Of a stretch of 64,000 nt of DNA, positions 1 to 11,374 are shown piece by piece. Made by a program: the position numbers and the translations under genes. How positions within the stretch are numbered: position 1 is the first letter of the stretch; the number at the start of each line of letters is the position of its first letter. The notes under the pieces were generated by a model. The model made no database searches. It was not told where the DNA came from and saw only the letters and a program-made list of their open reading frames with translations. This stretch comes from Cyanidioschyzon merolae. Taxonomy: Eukaryota. The stretch is taken from the NCBI GenBank assembly GCA_000091205.1, contig AP006500.2; one strand, written 5' to 3'.

Positions 1-590
1 AGGTCATCGACATGAGCCACCGCCTGGCCGTCCAATGAGGCCATCTGTTGGCGCATCGCCATACGGAGTGCCTCCGCGAAGCCCGTCAGGTGCCGGGCGA
101 GGCCTCTGTCCGACCCCTTGTCTAAATGCAGCTCCTCACGAAGCTGGACCAGCAGCATGTGGAGAATCTTTTCAAAGTAAGTCGGCGCCAGCCCGAAAAT
201 ACCATCGGTGAAAGGTTCCACCGCCCGAATGAAGCTCACTTTCGAAGGTGCGCTGTCGAAGAACTGTCCAATCCCATTCTTGGAGAAGAGGAACGTCATG
301 CGTCTCCCGAACATCTCGACAGTAAAAACATCACCGTGCTGTTTCCGTGCTGCTTCCAGGAAAGACTGCGGTGGTGCTGCTCCGAAGGCGAACTGGAACC
401 CTGCTCGAACATAGGGGCACCAACCGCGTATGCACGGCGGTAAGCGTTCCGCTGAGACGTCTCGGACCGGGAAGGTGTCTCCACGGAGTTGCTTGCGTCG
501 CTGTCGCCGCAAGAGCGTCCCTGGAACACCAAAGGTGAACGTTACGATAGCGATCGCAACAATCACGAACCATATAAATACGGGAAACAT
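1..590 (-). CDS. CYP51: Cytochrome P450, sterol 14-alpha-demethylase (CYP51)-like, N-terminal ~196 codons. The gene continues beyond the window start.
   Basis: Manual minus-strand translation from the ATG at 588-590 gives MFPVFIWFVIVAIAIVTFTFG (membrane anchor), a basic stretch, the Pro-rich hinge LPPCIRGWCPYV, then FLEAARKQHGDVFTVEMFGRRMTFLFSKNGIGQFF and later FAEALR. This matches the plant CYP51 N-terminus (LPP..W.P.VG ... GSVFTVNLVHKKITFLIGPEVSAHFF ... FTEALR). The frame stays open to position 1. It is absent from the ORF track because no stop lies inside the window. Confidence 0.65.
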   Translation of the reverse strand, partial: MFPVFIWFVIVAIAIVTFTFGVPGTLLRRQRRKQLRGDTFPVRDVSAERLPPCIRGWCPYVRAGFQFAFGAAPPQSFLEAARKQHGDVFTVEMFGRRMTFLFSKNGIGQFFDSAPSKVSFIRAVEPFTDGIFGLAPTYFEKILHMLLVQLREELHLDKGSDRGLARHLTGFAEALRMAMRQQMASLDGQAVAHVDD

Positions 591-945
591 GCTACAGGAA
601 ATGCCTCGGGTGCTGAGCGAGGCTTGCCGGAGTGCTGTTTCAGTCGGCCTCGCGCCGGAAAGGTTTGACCCGATCAACAACCTGCCCAACCTTGATGCAG
701 CTTCTCGAAGCCGACAGGTAGACTCTATCACTTCCGATGAGTTCACGGTTACAGGGAAGAAGTGTGTCCGAGAGAAAATCTTCGTGCGAGTCAGAGTCCG
801 CTACCAAGATATTCAACGAAAAACTCGCTCCTCTCCCGCTGCGTTTCGTCGAATGCTTTTTCGCTGTGTATCGCCGGAGATCGAATTGCGATACAATGCA
901 CCCGGTCGATCGTAGACGAATGGTTTCTAGGATATCTATTCTTGC

Positions 946-2252
946 TTGAACAATGCAAGGAGAATTGCATTCCTCCTTCAGATCAGTCGGGTCGCAGTGC
1001 TCAGATGGTTGAGGAGCACTGGAAGAAAGAAGTACATGCGCTCCGTACCAAAAACTGACATTTTTAAAGACTGCTTGCCGTCAATGGTGGTCAACGGTCC
1101 CTCGTTCACCTCACGGAAAGCAAAAGCGACGATAGTGGCCACCACGGACATCTCTATTTTGCAACAGCTTGCTCGCATGACCTTGAAAATACTGGGATAC
1201 AATCCCGGAAAAAGCCCTGGTTCACGCACCGCTACTCTCCACAGATATTGCCCCTAAGGAGTTCGTGGAATGCCGCGATCGGTATAAAGCACACGGACGT
1301 GTATTTGTTTTCAGTCGATGAGACTTTCTTGGGACGAAACCGTCGAAGCTTATATGGGTATTCGGGGAGCAGGGCCCCCGTTGTAAATACGATCGAAATC
1401 GAAGAGAACGACGACAACATCATCTGTTCTAGCTCCGGGTGATTCATTTGGCGACCTCAGCTTCGCTCGTAGGCAAGGCGCATACAACAGCACCAATCAC
1501 TTTGTCGAATCATAGAAGACTTTTCCGCTGACGTCTGGGGATGCTCTTCTATTGGACAAGATGACATTTCACCATTCACCTTGCGTTCAACCATTTGCCG
1601 AGTCTATCGATGGTAGAGCTGCTTTTCATTCCTCCAAACCCTGCCCGATTCAAGCCCATCGGATGAGTGTTTTCGGTTGTGGAACGTAGTGATCGCTCCA
1701 CTGGGCGAATTGCTGAAGCGTTCAGCATACTCTGATATCAGGGCATATTTCTCATTTCTTTCGCAAGTCCTTCTCCATTAGAGAAGGAACTTCCCTAATG
1801 AAATAAATAATTGTGTTCATTTGAAGAAATCAGAAACCCAGAAGAAAGTTATGGAACTTGAAGTCCGGGATCCTGGAGGCATGCTGTCGCTGGCTGAGGG
1901 AAAAAAGAAACCATCCTCTGCTGGTCATCCATCAAGCGAAGAAGAGCACTTGACGAAGAAGATGAAGAAGATAGGAGATAGGCGAGCAAAGATATCTGTC
2001 CGACGGGACGATGACGAGACTGTAGTGGCACAGACGGCGCAAGTACTCGTAATCTTTGCATTGGTAAGTTTAAATAGCGGCAATAAATGTACGGATTTCG
2101 TGAGCCGAGACTTCAACGCTGCCATCAATATCAGCCGATGTGCGGTGCTAGAGACACGACCTGAGGAGCTAACCCAAGCAAACTTTGTGGAGCAGCCTCT
2201 CAGGCTTGAAGTGTACTGGGCGAAACTGAAGACGATAGCGGCCGGCCGGTGA
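946..2252 (+). mobile_element. Degenerate Tc1/mariner (IS630-superfamily) DDE transposase remnant, split by frameshifts and stops over three ORF fragments.
   Basis: ORF 946-1257 carries an HTH-like ARRIAFLLQISRVAVLRWLRSTG and a GKSPGSR stretch, compare Tc1 KPGSGRPRK. ORF 1248-1442 carries KHTDVYLFSVDETFLGRNRRSLYGYSGSRAPV, compare the Tc1 first-Asp region KHVWSDESKFNLFGSDG..RRPVGSRYSP. ORF 1821-2252 carries RRDDDETVV ... SRDFNAAINI, compare Tc1 QQDNDPKHTS ... SPDLNPIENLW. All three are on the same strand and in N-to-C order. The region is visibly AT-richer than its flanks. No terminal inverted repeats were found by eye. Confidence 0.4.
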
Positions 2253-4046
2253 AAAAGGCCCAGAGGCGCCTGTGAGAAGGCATATAGACGCTACGGTCGT
2301 AGAACGTTTATCTTTTTCTTGTCCAAATACATACATCAGATGAAAAAGGAGCTCTGGAACTGCACGCCAGCTTCCTACGTCTCGATTTTATTCCGAAGTT
2401 GAGTTTAGATGCACATCCTCGACGTTCAACGTGAAGCAATACGCACTTACTAATGCATTCGCAGTCCTACGATCCTGGGTCATCTATTCGGAGCGAATCG
2501 TTCGCTTCTGTGCCGTTCCTCATGGTCACGTCACCGGAATCAAGAGGATTCGCAACGCCCTCGAAAAAGAACGCCCTATATACCAGATATCGTTGCCCAG
2601 TGCACACGTCCAAACCCCGATTCCTATGCTGTCCGTTCGTGTGCAGCATGCTGCAACCGTGCATGCTTCAAGTTTTCTAGCGTGCGGTTGCAAGGCAACT
2701 CGTGGGCCCAGCAAGGCGCCCAGCTGCATGGACGCGGTAAACTGCGCGATGGCGTCCCTCGGGGACTCGTTCACGAGCTCGTGTCCAAAGTCCACTGAAA
2801 CTCTCAAGTCAAGTAATCGATGCCTCTCGACAGAGAAACGCTCCTCGCTTTGCGGCCAACGAAGAGACCGCGCTCGACAGCAGCAATCGAGCCATGGCAG
2901 GGTATGTTCGTGGCGGCTCCGTTGTGTCCTGTTCGCATGAACAAGTGCCTTGGACTGGGGCTTGCGTCACCGCAGCGATCGCTTCAGGGGAAGGGCGCGT
3001 CACCGCTTTGCTCGAAGCGAGCGTAGACGGATCGAGATGCGTCGACATGATCTCCAGCCTGGCTCTCCCTCGTGTACTTGTTGCATCATGATCGGCGTAG
3101 CGCTGCGAGAATCCTCTACCAAATGGGGCAGCGTGCACCTGCGCATTCACCCGACAGAAGACGCGAGGACGGCATCGCTCAGAACTCTCCAGGTATCTTG
3201 GGGCACGGCAGCGAGCGCGGAAATGGAGCAGGGCATCCAGAGCAGCGCCTCCTGTAACCGGATCATGGGCATCTACCGAGATACGAAGCAAACGTTTACG
3301 CGCCGCAGGGCGGCGCTCGTCGGAAGACGTATGCTAGGCATCTGGAAACACCTGACCAGAGCCGTTCCACGGCTCTGCGCGTGTCGCACCGAGCCGCCAG
3401 AGCGACACGATGGGAGCGGCAAGCGCCATAGAGATCGCAGGTACCAGCTGTGCAAGCGGTACGCGAGTCAGACCACGGAATCAGCCTGGTTGGGGCTTGT
3501 ATGCTATCACCAGCATCCTTCGACTGCTCGTATCGAGATCAGGGGGACAGGAGAGCCTGGCGTATGGAAAGTCAGACACCAGAGACGGGCAAAGCAAGCG
3601 GACTCGGAAAGAGCCCGCCACGACCTATGTCGATTTCAGTGGAAAGAGGCCCAATGCATGGAGTACACGCCCGTGTTCGCTGACCTATTCCATTGTATTC
3701 TTACACGGGTGTAGACACATCCTACCAGCACCTACGTCGACCATTTGGATCCAAGGGAATCGCTGCTTAGCATTGCAGTAAAGCCTTCATCAAGCACCAC
3801 AGATGAGAGAAGCGTTTTGCGTTTATCGTGGTTTCGGCAATCTTCTCTGCAGCGGAGACCAGAGATGCACAGCAGCGTATCGAATCGTAACCTACGTTGC
3901 CCTATTTGAGCCAAGTACGTTGCTGCTTGTCATCGCTCCAACGCTTTCTGAATTGTGCGCGCCAAAAGGATGCACCTGATTCTATCGGGAACATGGCGAT
4001 GCCTCCGGCATCCGGCCTACAGCAGTGGCGACCAGTCACGGTTGTC

Positions 4047-5168
4047 TCAGCTCCAGCGCCGCCACCACTTACCCCAGAGGTACTGCAGGCTCCGCGAGGG
4101 TCCAGCGGTGATGAGACCCTTCACTGCCTGTGAGACAGAACTATGTAACACGCGACGTCGCAGGAGACCTCCAAGTGCTCGCGCGAAATACTCGATCACG
4201 ACTGGACCTTGAAACTTCCTCAGAGCTGCCGAGTTTTGATCTCGCAGTCGTTGCCGGATAGCGTCCTCCGCCTGAATGTTGCAGAAGAGCGGGAGCTGCA
4301 GCAGCGGGCCTAACAGACGGTTGCGAGCCCTATGCCCATAAACATCGGTCTGAAACAGCATCGATATGTCCAAGAGATCATCAGGTCGCCAGGGCAACGC
4401 CTGCTCGGGTCGAGTCGCTCTGTCTCCGGCACCTAGACGCTGGACCAGCCCTTCCCGTTGCATCTGCACCAAAGCGGTAGTATACATTCCAAGCAAGCGG
4501 TCCATATTCGCGTGAAGGATGTTTCGCGTCTTGTTCGGATGTTCAAGGCCGGAGCGCATTCGAATATCCGCCGAGTAAGAGAGGCCAACGACCTGCTCAA
4601 GCAGGGTCGCAACGGGGAGCAGGCGGGGGCCCGTGTCCGCTTCTGCACCCAGTAAGATACCCATCCGAACCGCTTGCACAAGGTTGTGCCTCTTGTTGGC
4701 TTCGTCGACCCGTCGAGCACACGCCTCAGCTTCGACGCGGGCCATATTCGATAGAATAATGAGCTCAACAGGTTTCTGCAAACGTCCGGCGGCGTAGAAG
4801 TAACGCCATTCGCGAATATCAGCGAGCAATGTCTCTTCGGCGATGACGCCGTACTTGAGTGCCTCCGCAGACCGGGACGCGAGCGGTACCGGAGGCACGA
4901 AACACATGCCCGCGCCCAGGTGCTGGAGCCAACGGAGAGCTCCTGGCCGTGAACGCAGGCTCCGAAGATACCAGGCAAAGTGCTCTGAATGGCGATCGAG
5001 CGCTTGCAACAACCATTCTGCGGGGTTGTCGACCACCAGGATGTAGTCGCGGGTGCGCTGGATCGCCAGCCGGCCTCTAGCGAGCTGCGGAAACACGCCT
5101 GAGCCGTAGGCCAGCACCAGCTTACCAGTTGGCAACGACTCGAGAAACTCCCTATCCGCCTCGTTCAT
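4047..5168 (-). CDS. TAM41: TAM41/MMP37-family mitochondrial phosphatidate cytidylyltransferase (CDP-DAG synthase).
   Basis: 373-aa ORF with an ATG start at 5166-5168. Contains LAYGSGVFPQ, DYILVVDNPAEWLLQ, KYGVIAEETLLADIREWRYFYAAGRLQKPVELI, as in the Mmp37 family. Confidence 0.65.
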   Translation of the reverse strand: MNEADREFLESLPTGKLVLAYGSGVFPQLARGRLAIQRTRDYILVVDNPAEWLLQALDRHSEHFAWYLRSLRSRPGALRWLQHLGAGMCFVPPVPLASRSAEALKYGVIAEETLLADIREWRYFYAAGRLQKPVELIILSNMARVEAEACARRVDEANKRHNLVQAVRMGILLGAEADTGPRLLPVATLLEQVVGLSYSADIRMRSGLEHPNKTRNILHANMDRLLGMYTTALVQMQREGLVQRLGAGDRATRPEQALPWRPDDLLDISMLFQTDVYGHRARNRLLGPLLQLPLFCNIQAEDAIRQRLRDQNSAALRKFQGPVVIEYFARALGGLLRRRVLHSSVSQAVKGLITAGPSRSLQYLWGKWWRRWS

Positions 5169-6635
5169 TCCTAGCTCGACCTATGGGGATACGAGCACAC
5201 TAACTGCCATCGCAAGGCAACAGAGCGAGACGTACGGGCTGAGTCGCTCACCGATCCGAGCTGCTTTCCAGAACACACCGGTAAAACCGGTCTTGTTGCG
5301 ATCTAACAGGCGCGGTTGCAGAGCGTGAACGTAGGTACAGGTGCAGATCAGCAGGAGAATGACAATCAACAACGAGTTAAAGTTGAATAACGCTGACATG
5401 AACGCTTTCGGTGGGAGTCGTACCGAAACGCCCGCCGCACCGCAGCAGTTCTCGGAAGCGAGCAACCGGGCACGCCAGCGCCTTCCGGGACCTCGACCGT
5501 ACGACTCCGAGTCGGTTGCAGCTCCGATCGCGATGATCCTTTCCTCCCCGGTGACCAGTTCACCGCTGAGACGCGCCTATCCGGCACTCGTCCGCTGCTT
5601 GCGATGGCGAAAGCGTCGCGTCCAAGGCGGTACACGTGTCAGCGCTGGAGAGTAGCAACGCGCCCCGGTATGGGTTGACCTGAAGGTTTCGAGTGCGACA
5701 ACGTCGGTTGCTCGTCGTTGTCACCAGAAGTTGACAGTCGGAAACTCACTGGAACAGAGGTATGCGCAGTGGTTCGTGTTTAGGACCTGCAGTTTTATAA
5801 CTGAGTGGATAAACGAGAATGTCTTGCAATCCGCAAGCAAGTCCGCGTAGAGAGGGTGCCGCGAACCTTGTTCGGCGTACGAGAGTGCGCTGACCCCGAA
5901 ACCCCCGACAAACACCATTCACGACGTATCGCTTGCACTTGTGCTCTATTTTCGTTGTAGAGAGAACAGTGTAAGTGTAAAAACAGTGCATGGTGCGGCT
6001 GAAACTCGGATTGCTGTTGCCAACCGCTGATACGCGCATATCCGGTGGTTCCACCAAAGGTGCACGCTCCGCGAGCCAGCTAACCTCTGCACCGATAGTT
6101 GCTGCTTGCCTGTGCATCTTCATCTGCGGGTAGTTGAATGATACTTCGATCTCGCCAGTATATGCAGCTCTGCACTCTAGAGATAGCGGTGGATAACTCT
6201 TTGGAGCTAAACGAAACTGTCGGCGAGACTGGGTCAGATGACGAGGCACGCCCGAGGTTTCGATCGTACGGCGAGCGCTTGCCCCGCTTGGTTTATTTTC
6301 AGAGAGCTCGCGTCGCTGCCGGTCAACGAGCGGTGCGATTCGCGTACACCACATGTATCCTCGTTAAGAGGCGCTTGTACAGCGCCCCGACTGTACTGTC
6401 TTCGTGTCGAGCAGCGCGGAACTCTAATCCAAGTCAAGAACCTATGTTCCGTGTAACGCACGAGTTGCCACTTCCCCGTCGCCTCTTTCTCTCGCGTGCA
6501 ACAGCCTTGGATTGGATCGATGGGCAACACCTCTGGATGTAACGGATAGGCGACATTCTCGCTTCATGAGCACTGCAATACATAGACAGGTTCACTTTTG
6601 AGATCCTGAGTGTATCAGGAGCTTCTCCTCGTTGC

Positions 6636-7931
6636 TCACGTTCGCTCCCGAGACGGCACATCGGTCGATGCCAGTGGCGCACTCGAAGCCGCTTGGACAA
6701 TGGTGTACCATTTTTGGAAATCCTCTGTGGCGAGCGCCTCGGCTATGAGCGCCTCTGTCTCCGCGCTTGGAGCAATCAACGGTATCGCCTTGACTGCGAC
6801 ATGCGTATCCGCGGGTAATAGCTCCCGCACCGCTTCCCGAATAAGTGTTTCTGCTCGGTGGCGGCGGTGTTCCGCGGCTACGGGCAGGGCACGGGATCCT
6901 CGGCAGTGTCCAGCGGACACGTTGGCATGTTGTGCTGCTTGCTGCTGGAGCTCGCGCTCCGTCTCCAGATACGCCCGCTCTACATCAGCGCCGCTGATCG
7001 CTACCGGGAGCTCAAGCCACTGAGCATTCCACGCTGGTGTGCCGGGATTCTCGGGACGTGCACAGGTCGACGCTGTCTGGCAAAGTGCTTGCTCCAGTGA
7101 GCGCATTCGTTTCCGGAACGCTGGATCGTCGAGCAACCGAGCGCAGACCGCCGGATCCCAGCACGACACAGCTGATCGCTTCGAGAGCTGATGTCTCTGG
7201 TGCAGGGCCTGCGAAGTCAGCAACTCTAAACAGAGCTGCACGCGTTTGTGCTCTTCATCGAATAGAATGGATGACGCATCGCATGCGTCATCGTCAGCGA
7301 TAATAGTGGACGCTGGTGCTGTACCTTGCTCCGATGTTGATGGTGTCTCCAAAAACCTTTCAATGAGCTTCCGCGGATCCCCGTAAAGGCGCACAGATGC
7401 TTGTCGCAGCAACTCTTCATCGGACACTGATAGCGTGACGCCCCTTCCAGTCGCTGAGCGGCTTTCGCACCTGGGCAGTGGACACAGTGCGGACGTGTCT
7501 CGCGCTGGTGCCGACAAGCCGGATACTTGCTCGACAGGCACTGAAGCCGGCTCTCGTCCTGGACTTGGTAGGCTCTCTTTTTGCTGAGAGCTTGCGTCGA
7601 GCACTCTCGTCAGTTCCGCAAAGCGTTGTGCACAAGCGTCTGCTGTTCGGCCCGGCAGCAGAAGCGCAACGGTTTGCCACTGCCCAACCAGCGAGCGCCC
7701 CACCTGAAGCAGCAGCCGGTCTTCCTGGACGGTCCAGTTCCCTCCGCCTTTCAAGCTTGGATCAGCAGAACTGTAAAAGTGCTCCTGACACTGTAGAGCA
7801 GTTTTCCCTGGCAAGAGTGAAGCTATTCGGCGCCACTGATTGGTTCCGCAGACTTCGACTGCGGCCCGCAGGACGAGCTCTTCCGGCAGGCTCCAGTCCG
7901 AGGACGATCTCAGGTGGAAGCGGCGGGTCAT
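6636..7931 (-). CDS. Myb/SANT DNA-binding domain protein with two tandem Myb-like repeats near the N-terminus.
   Basis: 431-aa ORF with an ATG start. The repeats are WSLPEELVLRAAVEVCGTNQWRRIASLLPGKTALQCQEHF and WTVQEDRLLLQVGRSLVGQWQTVALLLPGRTADACAQRF, with the W/W spacing and LPGRT...C motif of Myb repeats. The rest is low-complexity. Confidence 0.5.
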   Translation of the reverse strand: MTRRFHLRSSSDWSLPEELVLRAAVEVCGTNQWRRIASLLPGKTALQCQEHFYSSADPSLKGGGNWTVQEDRLLLQVGRSLVGQWQTVALLLPGRTADACAQRFAELTRVLDASSQQKESLPSPGREPASVPVEQVSGLSAPARDTSALCPLPRCESRSATGRGVTLSVSDEELLRQASVRLYGDPRKLIERFLETPSTSEQGTAPASTIIADDDACDASSILFDEEHKRVQLCLELLTSQALHQRHQLSKRSAVSCWDPAVCARLLDDPAFRKRMRSLEQALCQTASTCARPENPGTPAWNAQWLELPVAISGADVERAYLETERELQQQAAQHANVSAGHCRGSRALPVAAEHRRHRAETLIREAVRELLPADTHVAVKAIPLIAPSAETEALIAEALATEDFQKWYTIVQAASSAPLASTDVPSRERT

Positions 7932-9163
7932 CGCTCTGTCCCTACTCTAGACGACACTGTCTGTGCAAGTCAGCCATGTGTTGTCCGGGTCGCCAGCTAA
8001 CTAGCTTGCGAGCGCTTAGAGGCACAAGTAGAGTCCAACTGGACCTGTACCGCGCGTTCGCGAACGCTAACAACTCTGTGGCTACTCTCGCAACGACGAC
8101 GGTAGCAGCGGACAAGCACCACCGTCCCTGAAGCAACCCAGCAACTATGTACGGTATGGATGGGCGCAGCGGAGAGCCACATCATCTCAGCTGATGTTAC
8201 CTTGAAGCCGTATCCAGTGCCGATCGCTGCATCGGGCCTGTGCAATGCAGCGAAACAGAGCGTCTGGTGCTCACCAGTGGATAGGAAGCGTTTGCGTAAC
8301 CGAGTGCATTCGATTTGATGCGACGATGCAAAGCGATGTGTACCAATGCGGAAGAGGCCGTCATGTCGGTCTCCCATGGAAGACGTATACATTCCAGCGT
8401 TTACAGAGTAATGAGCGCGCGACAATAGGCAGTGGCGCGGGATCGGCGAAACACAAGTGAACGGCACGTCTCGAAGCGACTTTGTTTAGGTCGATGCTGG
8501 GTCAGCGCTTTTGGTGAAGCTGCACGCGATCGCTGGAACGCGCCCGTTTCCAAGCGCACTCTTCATGAACACCCCCAAGCATCGTTTACCATCCGGCGAC
8601 ACACGTGCTATTCGGGTCACAAGTGGCCCACAGAGGCTGCTTCAGCGTGCACCAGGGAACGACGTCTTCTACGTTCGGACAATTTGCCCACTTGCAGGCC
8701 CCATGTTGTCCGGAATGGTAACCTACACTGTCACAGTGAGCGTCTGCTCGACTTTGCGAGCGCCGCTGAGGCTAGGGTTCCAGCTGTCCGCACCAGAGAC
8801 TGCTGCCGCTGCACCGCGGCAACGAAAGCGCCAGCAGCCGCATACGAAACATTCAGCTAAGCTCCGCAATTTTATGCCAATACGTAGAGTCGAGTCCCCG
8901 GAACGAAGCGGCTCCAAGAGCTTGTCAGCGTCGCTCACATTAGGTGTGCAGTGCAAGGCGCAGCGCTTCCCTGAAGCAACTCTGAGCAATCGCTGATGGG
9001 ACCTGGAAGCATCCACGCAGGGACTGCGCCTTCCTCTACGCTTATCAGCTGGATGCTTCAAACCCAGCATCTGATTCTATTCAACAATTCCATACGATCA
9101 AAACATATTCTCATCGGGTTCAGAACGAGGCAAACAACCCGTATGCACGATTTGCGGGTACGT

Positions 9164-10000
9164 TCAGAATTTTCCAGCTTCGTAGTCAGCGAAAGCCTGG
9201 ATGATCTCTTGACGCGTGTTCATCACGATCGGTCCGTACTGTACGACAGGCTCGTGGAGCGGTTGTCCTGCCAACAAGACGAAACGACAACCATTTTCGC
9301 CGCTCTGCACCTCGACACCGTCATCGTCACCGTCTTTTTCAAAGACACCAACGCTGCCCGCGTCAACCGGCTGCGAGCCAGCAACCAATGATCCAGTCAC
9401 AACGTAGAAGCATGCATTCCAAGAGGACGGCACCTTGTGCTGAAAAAAGGTCCTCGGGCCCAGGGTTACGTCCAGTAACTCAGTTGGCGTCAAGGTGAAC
9501 ACATCGGACTGAACTCCCCTGAAAGAACCGGCGAGAACCTTCACTTGGACATGCTCTGTTGGATCGTTGTACACGGGAATGTCGCTCGAACGCTTCTCCT
9601 GATAGTTCGCAGGGACGAGTTTGTCCTTCGCCGCCAAGTTGACCCAGATTTGAAGACCCTCGTTTTCATCTGGTGTCGCCGGCATCTCGCTGTGCACGAT
9701 GCCTCCACCCGCAGTCATCCACTGCAGGTCCCCGGCTTCAATGACGCCTTCGTGGCCGCGGTTATCCCGGTGGCGAAACTTGCCCTTGAGCATGTAGGTC
9801 ACCGTCTGGAAACCCCGGTGCGGGTGGTCCGGGAATCCTCCTGGAGGCTTCACGTGAAAATGATCTAACAGCAGAAACGGGTCCAAGCGTCCCAGGCTAG
9901 GCGTCCCGATGCTGCGACGTACACGCGCCCCGACACCGTCCTGTTGCTCCCGAGCCGCCACGACGCGCTCCAACACGCGCGGTTTCTCGACGGACGACAT
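9164..10000 (-). CDS. Pirin (cupin-fold, Fe-binding nuclear protein / quercetinase family).
   Basis: The track ORF is 9164-10129. It is trimmed here to the in-frame ATG at 9998-10000 (MSSVEKPRVLERVV...), which matches where known pirins begin. It contains DGVGARVRRSIG, LDPFLLLDHF, GFPDHPHRGFQTVTYMLKG and GDLQWMTAGGGIVHSEMP. Confidence 0.85.
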   Translation of the reverse strand: MSSVEKPRVLERVVAAREQQDGVGARVRRSIGTPSLGRLDPFLLLDHFHVKPPGGFPDHPHRGFQTVTYMLKGKFRHRDNRGHEGVIEAGDLQWMTAGGGIVHSEMPATPDENEGLQIWVNLAAKDKLVPANYQEKRSSDIPVYNDPTEHVQVKVLAGSFRGVQSDVFTLTPTELLDVTLGPRTFFQHKVPSSWNACFYVVTGSLVAGSQPVDAGSVGVFEKDGDDDGVEVQSGENGCRFVLLAGQPLHEPVVQYGPIVMNTRQEIIQAFADYEAGKF

Positions 10001-11374
10001 GCACCTTATCCCAGTTACGGCGCGAAGCAGTGAATGTGCGCGGCTCTGATGACCAGGATGTTGTCGCAGGGTTGCCCAGCTGCGCTTATTGGCAAACAAC
10101 AAGCAAATAAACGCAATCTTCATGAACACGTGGCATACAGCGCTGTCGCCTCCGTCGCTCCGGAGCGCACCGGCACCCGCTCTTCTCGATGCGTCGGCGG
10201 CGTTGCGCTATGCTGCGACGCGCGCCACCTCCGCGAGATGCAACACCGGTGCTGCCTGCAAATGGGTTCCATATGTGTATTGTCTACTTGAAGCGCGCGA
10301 TGGGGAAGCGCGTTCTGCTCTGGTCGAAGCTGGGTTTTGAAGATCCCATTTCATAGCGGCGATGAGGCATCATTTACGGTTCAAAAGTGGACGCCTCGCG
10401 ACTGCCGTCCAGCAAACCGTGATATACCGCAGCGGTCGCTATACCAAAGGAGCTGCGGAATCGATCGTAGGTCGCCTGTGTCTGTGTCCGAGGAACCGGA
10501 CATGAGGCGGTGAGCGTTCCAAGGGCGTTTCGTGGGAATAGGACAGGCGAACGACCCGAACGCATTGCGGTACGAGCTTTGTTTTGCTTCGGGACCTCAC
10601 CGAGACGAATACTCGTAGACGGAGTGTATTTGCATTGGTTATGCGAAAGTGAACAGGTTTACGCAGATCATCGTATCAATCGCTATTGGGAGTCGCCGCG
10701 CAATTCGCTGCCCCGATTTCAAGCAGAGCAAAAGCGTCCTCCAGCGTATGCAGCATCATGTTGCTTCGCGTCTACGCCTCAGACGGGGCCGGCTTTTTCA
10801 AGGTTCATACACACGATGTGTCGCACCGGTATCCGTCGGATGTCAAGACTCTAAAAGCGCCTCATGCGCTAAAGCATCCGCTTTCTACTTTTGATGGCGC
10901 AGGATTGTTTCCGCTACCCAACGGACCCTGGAAAGCGCGATGCATACCGGCATCCGAGCGTGTGTCAGTAATACAGCACCAGGTCCTCCAAGTACATAAA
11001 GGCACAAACACCACCACCCATTCTTCCCATCAGAGAGCAAAGCTCGTTCACATGACGCCTGCAGCGCTATTTTGGACACCACTTGGAAAGAAAAGGCTTC
11101 GTCGTGCCCCTGTGGGCGTCGACTGGAGCATCCGCTTTTCAAAGCACCCTGTTCGCAAAGTCGCCGCACCAGCGCCAGTGGCGACGCCAATGTGTTGCGC
11201 TCCAACGCGAACGCCCGATGCTTATCTGGTGCATACGCCCTGTTCACCATCTTTGTACTTATTTCAACACGTGTCGAGACGCTTTTGTTGAAGGGAAACT
11301 TGTTTCCCTCTACTGATGCATACAAGCGCTCAACAGACTTACTCTGCAGAGCTGCTGAGCGTGCAGTTTGCGTC

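Noticed and set aside
126-532. Plus- and minus-strand track ORFs at the left edge (126-443, 296-532, 331-573).
   Set aside because: They are superseded by the continuous minus-strand CYP51 reading frame, which explains the whole region.
1821-2252. A TnpB/Fanzor (OMEGA nuclease) RuvC-III interpretation of the SRDFNAAINI motif (D.NAA.NI).
   Set aside because: The same strand upstream carries an HTH and an FSDE-type first-Asp region typical of Tc1/IS630 DDE transposases. Their third motif, SPDLNPIENLW, also fits. No zinc-finger CxxC pairs precede the motif, so a single DDE fossil is the more parsimonious reading. A profile search would settle it.
6610-7023. 137-aa plus-strand ORF inside the Myb gene. 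Similar antisense ORFs overlap REV3, TypA and GABA-T.
   Set aside because: They are antisense to better-supported genes and carry no motifs.
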